From Chrysomallon squamiferum (Eukaryota > Animalia > Mollusca): 64,000 nt of DNA. Each line of letters begins with the position of its first letter. Positions within the stretch are counted from its first letter, which is position 1. Under the pieces are notes generated by a model. The model did not search any database and was not told where the DNA came from. It was given only the letters and a program-made list of their open reading frames with translations. Where the stretch lies: assembly GCA_012295275.1 (NCBI GenBank), contig CM022670.1, positions 4,774,001 through 4,838,000 of the forward strand, written 5' to 3'. A program made the translations under genes and the position numbers. This document shows, one piece after another, positions 41,719-56,558 of this stretch.

Positions 41719-41950
41719 TGTAGTTCAGTGGTTAGAGCTGCAGGAGTGAGGATTGATTGGAGACAGGATCAATCTTTCTCAGAATGATACGATATCTGTG
41801 TCCCGTTCCAGCACACAAAGATGAAACTTGGTTTCAGAAAATTTCTGTTTCTTGTAACCACACTGTCTTATCTTAACAGTTTATCAAAACTCTGTGGTAT
41901 GTGTTTTCCTGTTTGTGAAAATGTGAATACAGAAGATTCCCAGCTGTTAA
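41719..41950 (+). mobile_element. Degenerate tRNA-derived SINE
   Basis: A-box-like TAGTTCAGTGGTTAGAGC (41721-41738) and B-box-like GGATCAATC (41766-41774), then body ...tttatcaaaactctgtggtatgtgttttcctg... that resembles other copies in the window. Family assignment is from recollection of gastropod SINEs, not a search. Confidence 0.55.
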
Positions 41951-44900
41951 CAAGAACAACTCACATAAAGATTAGCTGATAAAGGATTTTCACAGTTATA
42001 CCAAAACTGTTTCTTAATTTACTGTGTTGGAACAGAAGTGCATAGAATTGATTTTAATTGATATTCAAAGACATATTCAGAATTTAAAAATTTTGTTCAT
42101 CTTTCAGAATTTATATTTATTTAAAATTGTCAAAACACTGAAAATGCCACAATGAATACACAATTCTAAATTGGACAAAGATCAAACTTTTATTCAAGTT
42201 GATTAAATCAAGAGAGATAAAAACTTGATAAAATGGATTACAGAATTTATTTATTTTAAAATTAAAAACGTAAATAATGTAAAACACATAAAAACAGAAA
42301 CATATATGGACAACTGGACAGGTATAAACACACACACACACACACACAGATAAATGGACATGTAAGAACACATACATATACACGGATGGATGAATATCTG
42401 CTTTATATAACAATACAATGTACTAAAACACTCACTGATTCAAATGAAACACTAAATTAATTTGTATAAAGCAGGTAAAAACGCAGACACACTCATGGAT
42501 GGATGGACAAATAATACTTAGGAGTTAACCACAACCTTCACTTCAGGTTCTAAACATTATCCACTTAAATAATAATGAAAAAAAGTTTATACTTCAGAAT
42601 AAGCTTAGGCTTTTCACCTTTACAAAGAGTAAGAGGCAATAAAAAAGAAAGATAAGTTAGCCAGTTAAAATCTTAAAGCTAATTAACCATGTAATAACAA
42701 GATTATGTTCTACCACCAGCTGGGATTATCAGTAGAGATTTTTTTGCTAAAATGTGACCCATACACACAAAATATCCATAAAGATCTTTTCTTTTATTTA
42801 TTTTTTATTTTATTTTATTTTATTTTATTTTATTTTTTTTAATTCCTACTGATTTATTTATTTGTCAGTAAGTTATTTTTGACTGACAATATTATTTTTT
42901 TTTTGTCATTTTCCTTGTTTCTTTTTCTTTCCTTCCTGACTTTGTTTATCTTATCTTTCTTTATGTTTTAAGGTATTTACTGATAAAAAAATATATATAC
43001 AAGACTTGTTGTTTCATGATTCAAAATGAAGTTATAGTATTTTTTGATGCTAGTCTTGCCTGGCCTTTTTAAAACACATTTGCTTTTTTTGAATTTTGAA
43101 TTTTTATTTTTATTATTATTATTATTTTTTTTATCTATATATGATGCATTTAATTATCTTAATAAATATAATTTTCTATGTAGAATCTGTTATAATAAAA
43201 TCTTACAACAAAATCATCAATGTAATGATTTCAAATTTCACAACTGTTAATAATTCCTAGACATACAGATTGACAGACAGAAAAATACAGAGAGAAAGAC
43301 AGAGATAGATAGATAGATAGATACACTGATACATTGATAAACAGACCACTAATTTTTATAAAATCAAAATTTAAAAACTTAACACAATCAATTCATCTAT
43401 ATCAAACTAGCACACAGCAAAAATATTATTAAAAAAAAAATTTTTTTGGTTGCAGCTTATAAAAACTCAACAGCAATAGTTTTATTTGTCTTTAAGGTAC
43501 CTTTCATGGAAAATGGTCTCAAATGAACAGCATTAGAAATAATGATTTAAAAAACCCCAGCAGTTTCCAAACTGTAGATACCAGTGTCAGTAAATCATGA
43601 AAGTTAATTAAACAAAAAGAGATAATAATAATTAGATGTGAAATGTGAACCCAAATAAAACTGATTACAGTAAGACATGGGAAGGTTAATAGTGTTAAAA
43701 TGAGTAAAGTTTGATTACAGACTCAGTCTTTAGGTGTAAAGATAAATCCCATTATTATTATTATTATTATTAGTGATAGTAGTAGTAGTTAATTATTTAT
43801 TTACTTATTTATTTATTTACTTATTCATTCATTCATTCATTATTATGTTAATACTTCTATTATTATTATTATTATTATTATTATATTATTATTATTATTT
43901 TGTTATGATCGGTTTCTTTTTTTTTAATTTTTTTTTCTTAAAATCTTTTCCATCATTTCCTTTTCTTTCTTTCTTTCTGTCTAGTTTGCTTTTCTCTTTC
44001 TTTCATTCTTTTCTCCTTTTATGGATGTATTGTATTTATAATCATCATCATCATCAAAATCATCACCATCAATTATAATATTTAAACTTATTTTTACTTT
44101 GATATAAAAAAAAAATCCAGCATTGTAATAATTCAACACTGTCTTGCTCTGTTTCTTTCATTTATTTCTTTTTTTTTTCCTTCTGTCTTCCTTCTTTTTT
44201 TTTTTTTTTTGATATGAAATTCTTTGTCAAACCAGCTTCAAATACACTAGACATAGCAGCTTGCTGTTACCAGCCCAGTGTGCATACACACACATGTACG
44301 TACAGAGTGACAGAATGCCTGTTTCTTCAATAACCTATACACAACAGACTGTCACTTGCATCCCTGGCATAGTGATAGGTGTGACAAGGTGTGACAACAA
44401 GGGCATGTCCAACTCTTGGGGTTATCATCTCAGTGTCACTAGGCAAGGTAATTTATTTTGTTTTTTATCAATTAAAAAAAAAAAAAAAACCCCAGTAGAG
44501 TGGACGGTTAAGAAAAATGAAAAAGAATATGATGGTTTAATGTACTGTTTAAAATAAATGAATTAATAAAAATTTGTGAAAGTTTGAAAAATTTTACAGA
44601 TATGTAACCTCTAGTAAAATCACAATTATAAAAAAAAAAAAAAAAACCCTCAAAAAAACAACTTTTAAAAACTTTTAAAAAAATAATTAAAAAAACCAAC
44701 ACATTTTAGTCATTTGTTTTAGTTTAAATTCAATTCCCTTATATTTTAGTTTACTTAATTATTTTATTTTACTCTACTCTACTCTGCTAAACTATACTAT
44801 ACTTTAATTTATTTTATTTTTTATCTTATTTTATTCTATTATTTTATTATTATTTTTAATTATTATTCTATTTTCGTTTATTTATTCCCTCACAACAATA

Positions 44901-46018
44901 ACCAAAAATAACAGTTTGAAAATTAATAAATCATAATTCACCTAGAACTTAAAACAGTCTCAGATCCTTTTCATCATTCACCTTGTTGTCACACAAAACA
45001 ATAAAAACTCAAACACACACATCAGAACAACAGTTTCACACTGTTGACACATAACAACAGCATCCTTCAGCAACAACCACCACTTCATTCATTTACCACA
45101 CAAACAACAGTGTCCACAGTTTCTCACAAAAACAGTAATTCCATCTAATAAATATTTCAGTTTCTGTCTCATTTTCGTGCTGTCTGATTTAGCAAAAATC
45201 AGATTAGAATTAATTGTAGCAGAGCATGCTCAGAGAACATAAAGCCATAAATACCTGACAAGACCTTCACACAGAAACAATGAATACTTTAATAATATAT
45301 ACAATAAGAACTATTAACACATCCGTACACAAACTATTAATTATTTGACAACACAGGAGATACAAAATGTTAACACTTTAACTGCCAGGCCCTAAAGGGC
45401 ATGGGATATAGAAAGAGTATGTTTAAGGTTTAGCTGTGATAGTTGGAATACATAGTTTAAATACAATTTGTTTATTTAAAGATTACTGTTTTTGTTTTTG
45501 AGAACCCAGTCTTTAATAATTATAAAGTAAAAATAAAGTATATATGTTGAAATTCCAATATATCATAAATATTATAAATAAAACCTTTGTTAATGTGAAT
45601 AAATAGTTTAAATATATTTTGTACTGTTCCTAACAACTGTTTTGTTGTGTTGTCGACATCTATCTTTTACTGATAATAAAGTATGTTTATAAAGTATTGG
45701 TAACAAGTTGAGGCTCCCATATAAAAATTATTAATACATTAACATTACATCCATAGATCAACAATTAACACTTGTATACCCAGTAAATAATTAATAAAAT
45801 ATTTTTAAACTCTTTTGTAAAGCCAAACATTGTGCCCATGATAGGCATGCATGACAAGAATTACCCATACCAACAGCAATAAATAAGACTTCAATAATAT
45901 ATAAACATATAAGTATTTCATAATTTTGATAACATTATATATAAACAGTTAACACTTTCAAACAGTTAACATTATTTTCTACTACATGTTTTACTACTAC
46001 TACTACTACTACTACTAC

Positions 46019-46058
<40 letters not shown>

Positions 46059-46286
46059 CCTTTAACAACCAGCACAAATAAAAATTTAACATTTTAATAA
46101 CATTATAAATAAAACTCATTAACACTACTAACACATTTACATTTAAATCATCAACACTTCAACAAACAGGTGTCAGTTGGAAAAAGGCTAACACAACCAG
46201 ACTACAAACATTAAATAAAAATTAAATATTTTTAGAAAAAAAAAAATATAATATATATATAATAATAACAAAACAAAATGTCTCAC

Positions 46287-46493
46287 CTTTCCTTCGGCAG
46301 CCAGGACCTGCTGTGTCTGCTGAGGAGAAGTCCTGTGAGAGTTTATGTGCTGCAAAGCCTGGTGAAGCCTGAAGGAAGCGAGCTGGTTCAGCTTTTGATG
46401 ATCTCGATCAGCCAGGACGTTGTCCTCGAGGACATCGTTGGACAAGCCCACTTTGAAGATGTGTTTCTCCTCGAGGCTGTCATTGGAAGCAGG
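46287..46493 (-). CDS. Protocadherin B coding exon 2 (cytoplasmic, 69 aa)
   Basis: Minus-strand acceptor tttcactctctcccttgcag|CCT and donor AAG|GTGAGA; 207 nt. Encodes PASNDSLEEK...ADRDHQKLNQLASFRLHQAL. Confidence 0.92.
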
Positions 46494-48774
46494 CTGCAAG
46501 GGAGAGAGTGAAACAAAGGAGACATTAAAGAGGTTAAAATGTGTTTATGGATGTTGATAACAATCTGATAATGGTAACAAAAGGGAGATGAGTAAGTGTA
46601 TCAAGAGGTTTTCTTTGATAACGTGGATTTTAGCTCCAGGTGTTACAGGTTCAAATGGTTGTAGGGTGGAAGTTATAACATACTGACTTTAAAATGGTTT
46701 TAAAAAGTTTGATAAAATCTCGATTTTTTTATTTTTTTATCCAGGGTCAACAGTGTAGTTGCGGTGGGGGAAAAAAATGAAAGAAATAAAAAATGTTGTG
46801 GTATAAAGAATAAAATATTTTATTTATTTGTTTATTATAAAGGAAATGTTTGCAGGGCAGAGTTTAAACTATTGACATTAAAATGGTTAAATTTATCAGA
46901 TTTCTTTTGTTTTATTAAATTGTTGTTGTTGTAATACAAATACCAAAAAATAGTTTTCTTAATGTTAAATCATTGATTTATATTTAATGTATTATTATTA
47001 TTTTTTTTTTTTTTATTTATTTAAGTTAGAATTAAAACAACTCTAGACCACTTCTATAAGTTCTTAGATAAGTCATAATATTTAAGTTTCTGTAATTAAA
47101 ATGTTGTTATTTGTCATCATCATCATTATATTAATTTTTTAAATTTTATTTTATTTTATTATTTTTTTTAATTTCTGTTTTTAAATATATATTTCTTCAA
47201 TAGCACAAAAGCAATTATTTTTTTTTTTTTTTTTTTAAATTCTCCCTTCAAATCTGGCAACACATTTTAATTGATTTCCCACAATGCTTTTTATATCTGT
47301 TTCACACACAACACTTCCTCTTACAGAGCTGAATCAATTCCTGAGGGTCGCACACACAAAACTAACTCGCTGGCACGGGGTCGAATGTTTGCGTCCTGCA
47401 AACTTCCGTGGGCCTAAAACCTACACAGGAGGGTCTTTCTTTTCACTGCAGAATGTAAAACTTTGCAGAAAATTTAAATATAATGGCAGGATAAAGAGAT
47501 TTGGGATCTGTGGCAGTTTGTTGAAGGATTTCCACATAGTATCAGACAGAAGAATATCCGCTTTTTTTTTTTTTACACCAGGAACAAAAGATTTTTCTGT
47601 AACAGTAAGAAATGGGATTACCAGATGGGATGTCCTGTGTGACAATTTAATGGTGGTATAGTCAAGAAAAAAAAAAAAAGAAAAAGTTTAACAAAAGGGA
47701 TGTTCTGTATGTCAAATTATTGCTGATACAGAAAATAAAAAAAATAAAAAATTAACTGATGGACATCATATCTGTCAATTTAATAAGTGGTAAAAAAAAA
47801 AAAAAAAAAAAAAGGACTAACAGATGGTACTATAGAAAGAAAGAAAAAAAAAATGGGGATTACAATACGGGATGTCCTGTGTGCAGATTTTATAGTGGTA
47901 TAGAAAGAAGAGCTTATTAAAAGCTCAAGTACAACCATGATTTGAGTTTGCACATGAGATTAAATTTGGGAAAGGAAACTTGGGTTTGAATTCATGGGCA
48001 TTTTAATTGATAGTTAAAACAGGATTAGGATTAAATTAATAATTGGGTAGAAATGATATTAAATAAATATTTGATACAGATTTATAAAAAAAAAAAAAAT
48101 TTTTTTAGAAATAAAATGGAAATTATTGCATTTTTATTTTAAACAATAAAAATAAAATCATTCTTTACTTTTTAATAATCATTATAATAGTATAAAATAA
48201 TATGCATTAATATATTTTTATAATTTATTACTATTACTGTTTTTATTATTATTTATTTATTGAGTTGTATATCCACAATTTTTAAATTTTAGATTTAAAA
48301 AAATAAAAAAGAATCTACTGATAATTTGCTACTGCTACTACCATAACTACTATTACTACTGCTTATTACTGCTCATACTAGTAGTCATACAACTGAATTA
48401 CTGCTACAATCTACTCATACAACTGAATTACTACAACTATTACTACTTCTATTGCTATTTATACAACTACTAATACTATTACAAATAACATTAAAAAAAC
48501 AGACACAAAATGACAATGACAGGGGGTGTATGTGTATGTGTGAGTGTGTTTGTTGTTGTTCTTATTATTGTTAGTATTATTTGTAGTATTATTACCATTT
48601 GTATTAATAGTAACAGTGGTAATACCAGCAGTATATATAACTTCTGCAATCTGTTAATATAATGTATAAACACACACATACATACACATACACATACAGA
48701 CACTTATAACAACAACAACAACAACAATAATAATAAATAAATTAGTCAATTAATTAAAAACAAGCTCTGCTCAC

Positions 48775-51339
48775 CTTATCTAAGGAATCATTCAGCTGAT
48801 GTTCTTTACCAGTCCTGTCGCTTGTCAGATCGTGAACACTGCAAGATTTGCCATCACTTGCTGTGCCCGAGTTTGAGGAGAAGGAATTTTTATAAGCTTT
48901 GTCTTTGTCACACTTTCTGATGTAGCAGACGACAAGGAGCACAGAGGCAGCTATCACAACAGTCGCACAGACGAGAGTAATCACAATCACAACATTCTGG
49001 TCACCGCCGACAGCTGAAGAACTGTCTCCAACCTGGAATCTGAGGAACACTTTGAGAAGAGTCCTGTTGAACAGGGAATCGTCCTGCTTGTCCACAGCTG
49101 TGATTAGTAGTTCGTAGTAGCCGATGTTTGAACTGTCGACGTCTTGAAACAAGTATATCTGTCCCGATGTTTCGTTGATGTTGAATATGTTGGATACGTT
49201 TTTGTCCATTAATTTGTATATTACGCCTTTTGAATCGATGTCGGGGTCATCGGCCCGTACCCACGATATGACACTGTTTGCCGTTTTAGGGACATACACA
49301 GTGACACTGTAGTTTTCGCTGTTTGGAAATATGAACATCGGTTTGTTGTCGTTTTGGTCTACGATGATGATTTTGACGTCAGCTACACCGCTAAGGGGAG
49401 CTGGCGCGTGATCAGTCGCTATCACGTTGAAGTTGTAAATGTTCTTTGCCTCTGCGTCAATGTTTCCGGTTGTGACAATACTTCCGTTTTGAAGAATGGT
49501 AAAAGGGAGATGATTCAGAGTGTATGAAGGAGACAGAACGAAGGAGAAGTGGCCACCTAAACCGGTATCGTTGTCAGTTGCTGAAACGTTTCCTACAATG
49601 GTATTGACAGGGCAGTTTTCCACGATGTAAAACAGGTACGACTTCTGCGAAAATTCCGGGTGTTCGTCATTTACGTCAAGAATAGTGACCATGACCTTAG
49701 CCGAAGCTGTGAGAGGAGGTGAACCACCATCCACAGCAAATACAGAAAAATTGTACAGAGCTAACGTCTCACGGTCGAAGCTCTGCAAAGCCTTGATCAT
49801 AAAGGTGCCACGTGGAATGAAAAAATAGGGCCGTGCATTTTCTGAAAGAAAGTAAGTAATTTGTGAATTAATACCGACGTCGTTGTCCGCAGCTGCTACT
49901 TGCAAGATAGTGTCATTCACTGCATTATTCTCGGGTATGTAGGCTTCGTACCATTTCTGTAGAAATCTGGGCGCGTTGTCGTTTTCATCGTCAACGACAA
50001 CGTCAAACGTTGCACTGGTGTTTAACTTCTGTTCCCCAGAATCCTCGCAGTAAATAACAACAGTGTATTTCGCAATGGCTTCCCTGTTTAGCTGTTTGGC
50101 CACAACTACTTTATATTCGTTAACATCCAGTTGTTTCAAGTCAAAGTCGGCCGTCTGGCTGTAACATCTCACGTTGCCATTTCTGCCCGTGTCTGGGTCG
50201 GATATTTTGACATGAGCAAACGCGTAGCCTATTTTCTTCGATTCTGACACATGAGCTGTCGAAAGCCCATTAAACAAGTTCACAGTAATGGACGGACGTT
50301 GATTGTTTGTGTCAAGAATTTCTATGTCTATGAAAGCTTGAGATGATTTTGTTGGGGAACCACGATCAGTGGCCTCCACAATAACTCTCATATTTCCACT
50401 GGGCAAGGCTTTTTTAATTCTCAGTTCCCCCGAGTGTTCGTCAATCTCAAAATGCTGTTTGATTTCGTTTGGCTGATGACTGCTAAGCTGATAGAGGATT
50501 TCTTTATTCACTCCTATATCTCTGTCTGTGGCTTTCACTGTAAAGAACACGGTGTGCAAAGGTGTGTTTTCCTTCACCGTGACGTTGTACACGGTGTGCG
50601 TGAACTCGGGCGAGTTGTCGTTCACATCTGAGATGGAAATGTTAACCAGCGTGGAGCTGCTTCTTTGAGGAGTTCCGTTATCTTTCGCTATCAACGTCAG
50701 CAAGTAAGAGTCTGTTTTCTCTCTGTCGAGCGCGCTTTTAACAGAAACACTCACAGTCGACGTACCGTCCAAATTTTTCGTGAAACTCACTCCGAAAGGG
50801 GCATCTGGCGGTACGAGTTCGTAACTCTTTAAAGAATTTTTATCGGTGTCGACATCAACAGCTCCGTCGAAGGAGAACGAAACTCCGATTTGAGACGACT
50901 CGGGAATCTCGAGCGACACGGATTTTTCTGGAAAAGATGGCTTGTTATCGTTGGTATCTTCCACTACTATCTTGATCTCATAGCTGTAAAATGAGGTGTC
51001 GGAGTGAACTGCCACTTCCAGTAACAGTTCACATTCTGACGTAAACAGACACAGCTTTTCCCGATCCACACGTGCCGCTGTGTACAGGCTCCCTTCCCCC
51101 GAGCTGATGTTGAAGAGTTTGGCCTGCGGGTTTCCTGCTTGTAGAATGCTGTATGTAAGAGTGCCGAGGCTGTCGGAACCGACGATGTCTTTCAGTGACG
51201 TGTCCTGTCTGATATTTCCTATAAACGTGTTCAGCGGTAGTTCTTCTTCAATAGTGTACGTGACGTCAGCGGCTGAAGTTAGCTGGTATGTGGCGGCAAG
51301 AATTATAATTAGAAGCATTGTAATAAACTCCTTCGTCAT
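48775..51339 (-). CDS. Protocadherin B (7-EC, delta1-like), coding exon 1: signal peptide, EC1-EC7, TM helix, proximal tail
   Basis: 861-aa ORF colinear with gene A; VDRE/LDRE/FDRE and DTNDNKP, DVNDNSP, DENDNAP, DVNDEHP, DQNDNKP; TM VVIVITLVCATVVIAASVLLVVC. Donor AAG|GTGAGC after 48775 (2565 nt, phase 0). Confidence 0.96.
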
Positions 51340-51721
51340 ATTTTTCTTTCATTTAGTTCTGATTAACTCTTCTCGAATGTTCCTTTAATAAAAACACTGT
51401 CTTTTGAAATATATGTTTTACTATTTTGGCATTTTCTTTTTTCTTTCTTTTCTTTTTGTTCTTTTCTCTTATGTTTCATATTCTCAGAATCTGACACAAA
51501 AACTTCTTTTTTTCCCTTCCTCGTTCTTGTTAAACTCGTGTTTGTGTTTTATACTTCATCTTGTTAAATCTGTTTTCATATTTAATGTCCCACACCTGTC
51601 CTCTGAGTGTCACTCTCAGATAAATATTCCATGACTTGCTCGTTACCTGTCAAACGTGCGTTCTACCTGCAACACAGAAAAATAAACCATCTATCAATAG
51701 CTGATTTAAAATCTAACTAAT

Positions 51722-51796
<75 letters not shown>

Positions 51797-52227
51797 AGAA
51801 AAAGAAGAAAATATATGACAGAATCTAAAACCAAAAATGAATGTGACAAATTCCTGTAAAATATAAAAAATGGAATAGTTATTTATTTATACGTCAAAAC
51901 AACCCTGTGTAATATTGTTATTATAACAACAAAAACAATAACAACAACAACGACAATAAATATTAGATTTACAAGCACATATCAGCTGAACGCTTTGCAA
52001 AAGGTGATATCTCTATCAGTATTTTATTTTAAAAAATAAAATAAATAAACCTAGCCAAACCAAACGAAGAAGAAGAAGAAGAAAAAAAAAAGTTTTAGAA
52101 TAATAAATCATAAATTGTGCAAACACAGAACATCTGATTGAAAATATTGACAGGATTAACAGGTTCCACTTGAAACAAAAAAAACAAAACAAACAAACAA
52201 ACAAAAAATAACCGAAGAGTTAATTAC

Positions 52228-52400
52228 CTGCTAGTCGGAGAATAAGACAACAAAACATTGTAACACAAACGACAAGCCTGAGTACACACAAATTATACAT
52301 CAGTTCCTCGACGATTGTAAACCGGGCTGTGAGACCTCAAACACTCACTCAGCAACTCAACAATAGAAAACTCCGCCCACTTTCGCGCAAGAACCAATAA
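52228..52400 (-). promoter_or_regulatory. Putative proximal promoter and non-coding first exon of protocadherin B
   Basis: On the - strand: ATTGG (52394-52398), E2F-like TTTCGCGC (52381-52388), GC box AAGTGGGCGG (52373-52382), donor CAG|GTAATT after 52228, and acceptor tttatttttctgtgttgcag before 51666. Confidence 0.6.
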
Positions 52401-52951
52401 AAAATCTCGAATCGTGTTTATCCCCCTAAACGAGAAACTCCACATGGGACCTGTTATTTTTAATAGACTACTTTAATAGTGGGTGGCTTTTTATCGGATT
52501 TTATTGACGTTTTAGTAACAGCGATATCGAGCCCCATTAGCTGTGGTGTCGGGGAAATGCCGTTGTTACAGATGTAAATTTGCCGCGTTACTTAACTGTT
52601 GATGCAACAAAGCTTCGGCACGATAAACGTTGCTTGTCAAACAGACATTTGAATGTTTGTTGACAGGTTAAAATGCGTGAATGTTTAGCGAACATTTCAC
52701 ACCTTAGTTTTGTTTGTAGTCTTACCTGTGCTCTTTGCCTCGATCAGCAAACAATAATTATGTTTGTTGTTTACTTTCCTGTTTATTTGACACTTATAGT
52801 TATGATCGAAACAATTTAAAACTCGATAACGAGCATGTAGAATAAGGCACAAGTTATAATAAATTTAAAATTAGAATAGAAATAAACATACTAATTAGAT
52901 ATGTCTATTTACTTACGGAAAGTAAAATATATGGTATTCCTTTATAAAGGT

Positions 52952-53022
<71 letters not shown>

Positions 53023-53054
53023 TTTCTCCCTTGAATCCTCACAACTATAAACAG

Positions 53055-53365
53055 CAGAGTTTTCCCCAGTTCCAGTCAATGACTAACTGGTAGTTAATAC
53101 ATTAAGCTATGGTATGTAATTCCTTGGCGAAATAGCCATACATATAAATTAATGGTAAGGAGGTAGCAAGATTTCTTATACACCTAATCATTAAATAAAT
53201 CTCCGTAACAGTTGGCAGAAAAGGTTCTTCCATATGTACCTTCCCATAAACAGGGAATGTATTAGTATTATGTTTGCTATTATCTCAGTATAATGTTCGG
53301 CGAACAGAATTGGATAGATCCTTCTATCCGCCACATATCTACACAGGTTCAGTTAAAACCGACTG
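53055..53365. mobile_element. Degenerate SINE fragments
   Basis: gttccagtcaatgactaactgg...gctatggtatgtaattcct (forward-like), then ttcttccatatgtaccttcccataaacagg (reverse-like). Confidence 0.35.
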
Positions 53366-53779
53366 TTATGAATGTATACAGAACTGTAGCTGTTCCTTAG
53401 GTGATGATGATGAGATAAAATTAGGTACGTGTGCAAGACTGAATTTATACATTTTACTGAAAGCTTGAAATTAATCTATATTGAAAGTGCTGACCTGAAG
53501 AAACTGGTGTTAGCGAGTTTATTGGGGTTTTTTTTCTGTTGTAGTTTTTATGTTCGGAGCTTTTCGAATAAGACATTATCAACCTGTAATTGTAAGATTG
53601 TTATTATTATTACTCTTCTTCTTCAACTTCTTCTTCTTATTATTATTATTATTATTCCCAGTCTGTTAAAACTCTTATATCTGCAGATTACTATTATTAT
53701 TTCAATGTAAAACAAGCCCATATTCCTGGTCAGTCCCAAACTGACCATGACCAGGAAGAAATGTATTAATAGACAGAGC

Positions 53780-54000
53780 AAATTAAAAATGGCTACACTT
53801 CCCATTACTCCTCGCTCCGCAGCAAACGACTGACAAGTGCTGATTGGCCGTAATGAAAGGCCTGACAAAACCTGATTGGCCGTGAGTGTGAAGCGGTCGG
53901 AGAACGAGAAGTAACAACATGAAAACATCTGCACGATCTATCGCGCAGGACGCGCGTGCATGTTGCAAGCATGTTTTTAAACGCAGCCCTGGCGTTTGAC
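53780..54000. promoter_or_regulatory. Promoter/enhancer-like element with twin CCAAT boxes
   Basis: CTGATTGGCCGT at 53840-53851 and 53872-53883 (32-bp spacing), each preceded by CTGACAA; local CpG cluster (tcgcgcaggacgcgcg). Confidence 0.5.
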
Positions 54001-55739
54001 AAATTGTGCTTGTCAGAGTAGATAGATGGGAACAAAACTTCTTACACATTTCTGCCATTAGCTGATGGTCTGGACTATCGAGAAAATTAACTGCAAGCAA
54101 ATGTTTGAGAAATAAGTGTCTCTGTTAATGTTTTGAAACTCGCACTGGAAATGTTAATGCTCCGAAAAGCAAGAATAAGGAATGTGTTGAAAATATTTTT
54201 CTTTCTTTTTTTTTTTTTTTTTTTTTTTTTCAAAAATTATTTAGAGACCTGGTTCTTCATAAAGAGAACGTACTCATTTGTTACATTATGTTGGTTGGTG
54301 GAACAGTCAGAGAACGAGGATTGTAAAACGGCTGTGTGTGTGTGTGTGTGTGTCATGCTTGTACGCATTAATCAGCTTGAAGTGGATTAGTGAAATAAGT
54401 GTACAGTAGTAATTGATCAGTGATAATTTGATCTAATCGGTGATGGTTTGCTGAATCAATCTTTTCTGTGGCGTACAAACGTAATTTTCATTTATGATAA
54501 AAAATCGTGATATGTGCTTTTCTGTCTTTTGGGGAAGAAAAAAAAAAAAAATTAAATTAAAATTGCTATATCTAATTGGTAGAAGTTGTTAAACGCCATT
54601 CCTTTTTTGTGGCAAGTAACTGTTTATATAAAAGAGGTGGAAACATACACACATACAGTGGCTCACATTCACATACACACACACACACACATACTGGCTT
54701 ACATTCACATACACACACTTTGAGATTAACGTTTTGACATATCTCAATATAGCTCAACTGATCAATTGCCAGTTGAAACGTTAGTCAGGTACCTGAATTC
54801 TTGAAGGTGAAATATACTGATAAAAATAATTGAATTTTCCGAGATTTTTCTTTTGCTTTTCATATTATGATTATTATTATTATTAACATGTATCAGAAAG
54901 ATTATTATTATTTTTTTTTTTTTTTCTTTTCTATAAGCCTGCAAGTTATGTAATACAGTATATAATAATGTTGCGTGCTTTCTACGTCACGGAATTCATA
55001 TAGATCTGTATTGATAAACAGTATTGATGTTATCAAACATGGAATATAATACATGTTTCTTAAACTTAATTAAACAAGACAAATCAATGTAATGTTGTTA
55101 TTTTTTGTTTAAAAGCTTTTTAACGTGGCAGGTAGTGGAACCATGCTCACACAAAACGGAAACTTTAATAATGGGGGATATTTTTTGTTTCTTTCTTGTA
55201 GTCATGACAACTATTATTAAGATGAAGAAAGGAAAGAAAGTAACAAGGAAAAAAAAATAATAAAGAAAAATGAAAAAGAAAAAGAAAAAAGATAAACATA
55301 AGGATTGTTTTGATTTTTTTATTCTTCTTTTTTTTTTTTTTTTTTTAAATTAGCATGACGGAAATAAAATGCAATTCTCTTTTTCTATATTCATGTATAA
55401 AAATATTTAATATTTAAAAATCAGTAAAATTTAACGGGTATGAATTTTTTATATCTTTTCCATTGGCCTAAATAAAGCAAGCCACAAAAGAAAATCACAA
55501 GCATAAATAGTAACAGCAACAATTATAAAATCGTTATTATCATGCCCATTCACATCATCATCATCATTATAATATATAGTATACTACTACCACCACCAAT
55601 ACTACTGCTACTACAACAGTGAAGACCAAATAAATGTATTACTTTTGTTTTGTAAATACAAACTATAAATTAAAACGAAACCGCTGAAAGATTCCTAATA
55701 ATCTGTCATTTACACACTATTTATAAATGACGTTTAAAC

Positions 55740-55804
<65 letters not shown>

Positions 55805-56481
55805 TAACCACTTAATTAATTAAAATAATAATTTAAAAAGGGGTGCTGGTTTCATCCCACCCCTAGAACCCTACCCGTGAACTCCCCTGTATACAATAAA
55901 AGTCCGTATCACACACCCACTGATGAACGCGAGGACAAACATGTGCTAATGGGGAGGAAATGTGTCTTTGATATCAAACAATCGCCTTGCTTTATTCTGT
56001 ATCACTTCGTTTTACTGGTGAGTCTGCAGGTAAACCGTACAGTGTGTCGCTGTTTGCTTAAAGAATAGAAATAACAAAAGACCAAGATGACCAGTACTGC
56101 CTGGTCAAACAGAACCATGCCTAAGTGACCGCAAAACACACACACACATTTAACATTTCATGTTTCCATGGTTTCGGCAATCAATGTCAAATATCGGGGT
56201 ATTTGAATTCAGTACTTTCTTTGTTTTTTCTTTCGTTCTTTATTTTTATTATATTTTTTTAATTATTTCTTCTGTCATTATATTTTTCTTTTCTTCATTT
56301 CTTTCTTCTCACTTATGTTTAATTTTTTCTATTCATTTATTTAATTATTTATATTTTAATTTTATTTTGCCTTCATTATTTTCCCATTTTTGTACTGATT
56401 TCTTCATTTTGTTCTTGTCTATTCTTTTCTTTTTTATTCAACGGAGATGCTACTGTATGTATGTCTGTACGAGTGAGAGTG

Positions 56482-56558
<77 letters not shown>

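Noticed and set aside
41719-41790. tRNA gene
   Set aside because: It has A/B-box-like motifs but I could not fold a cloverleaf, and it runs into a repeat body, so a SINE head fits better.
47480-47910. Degenerate gggatgtcctgtgtg repeats and ORF 47284-47661
   Set aside because: Decayed intronic tandem repeat with no coding signal.
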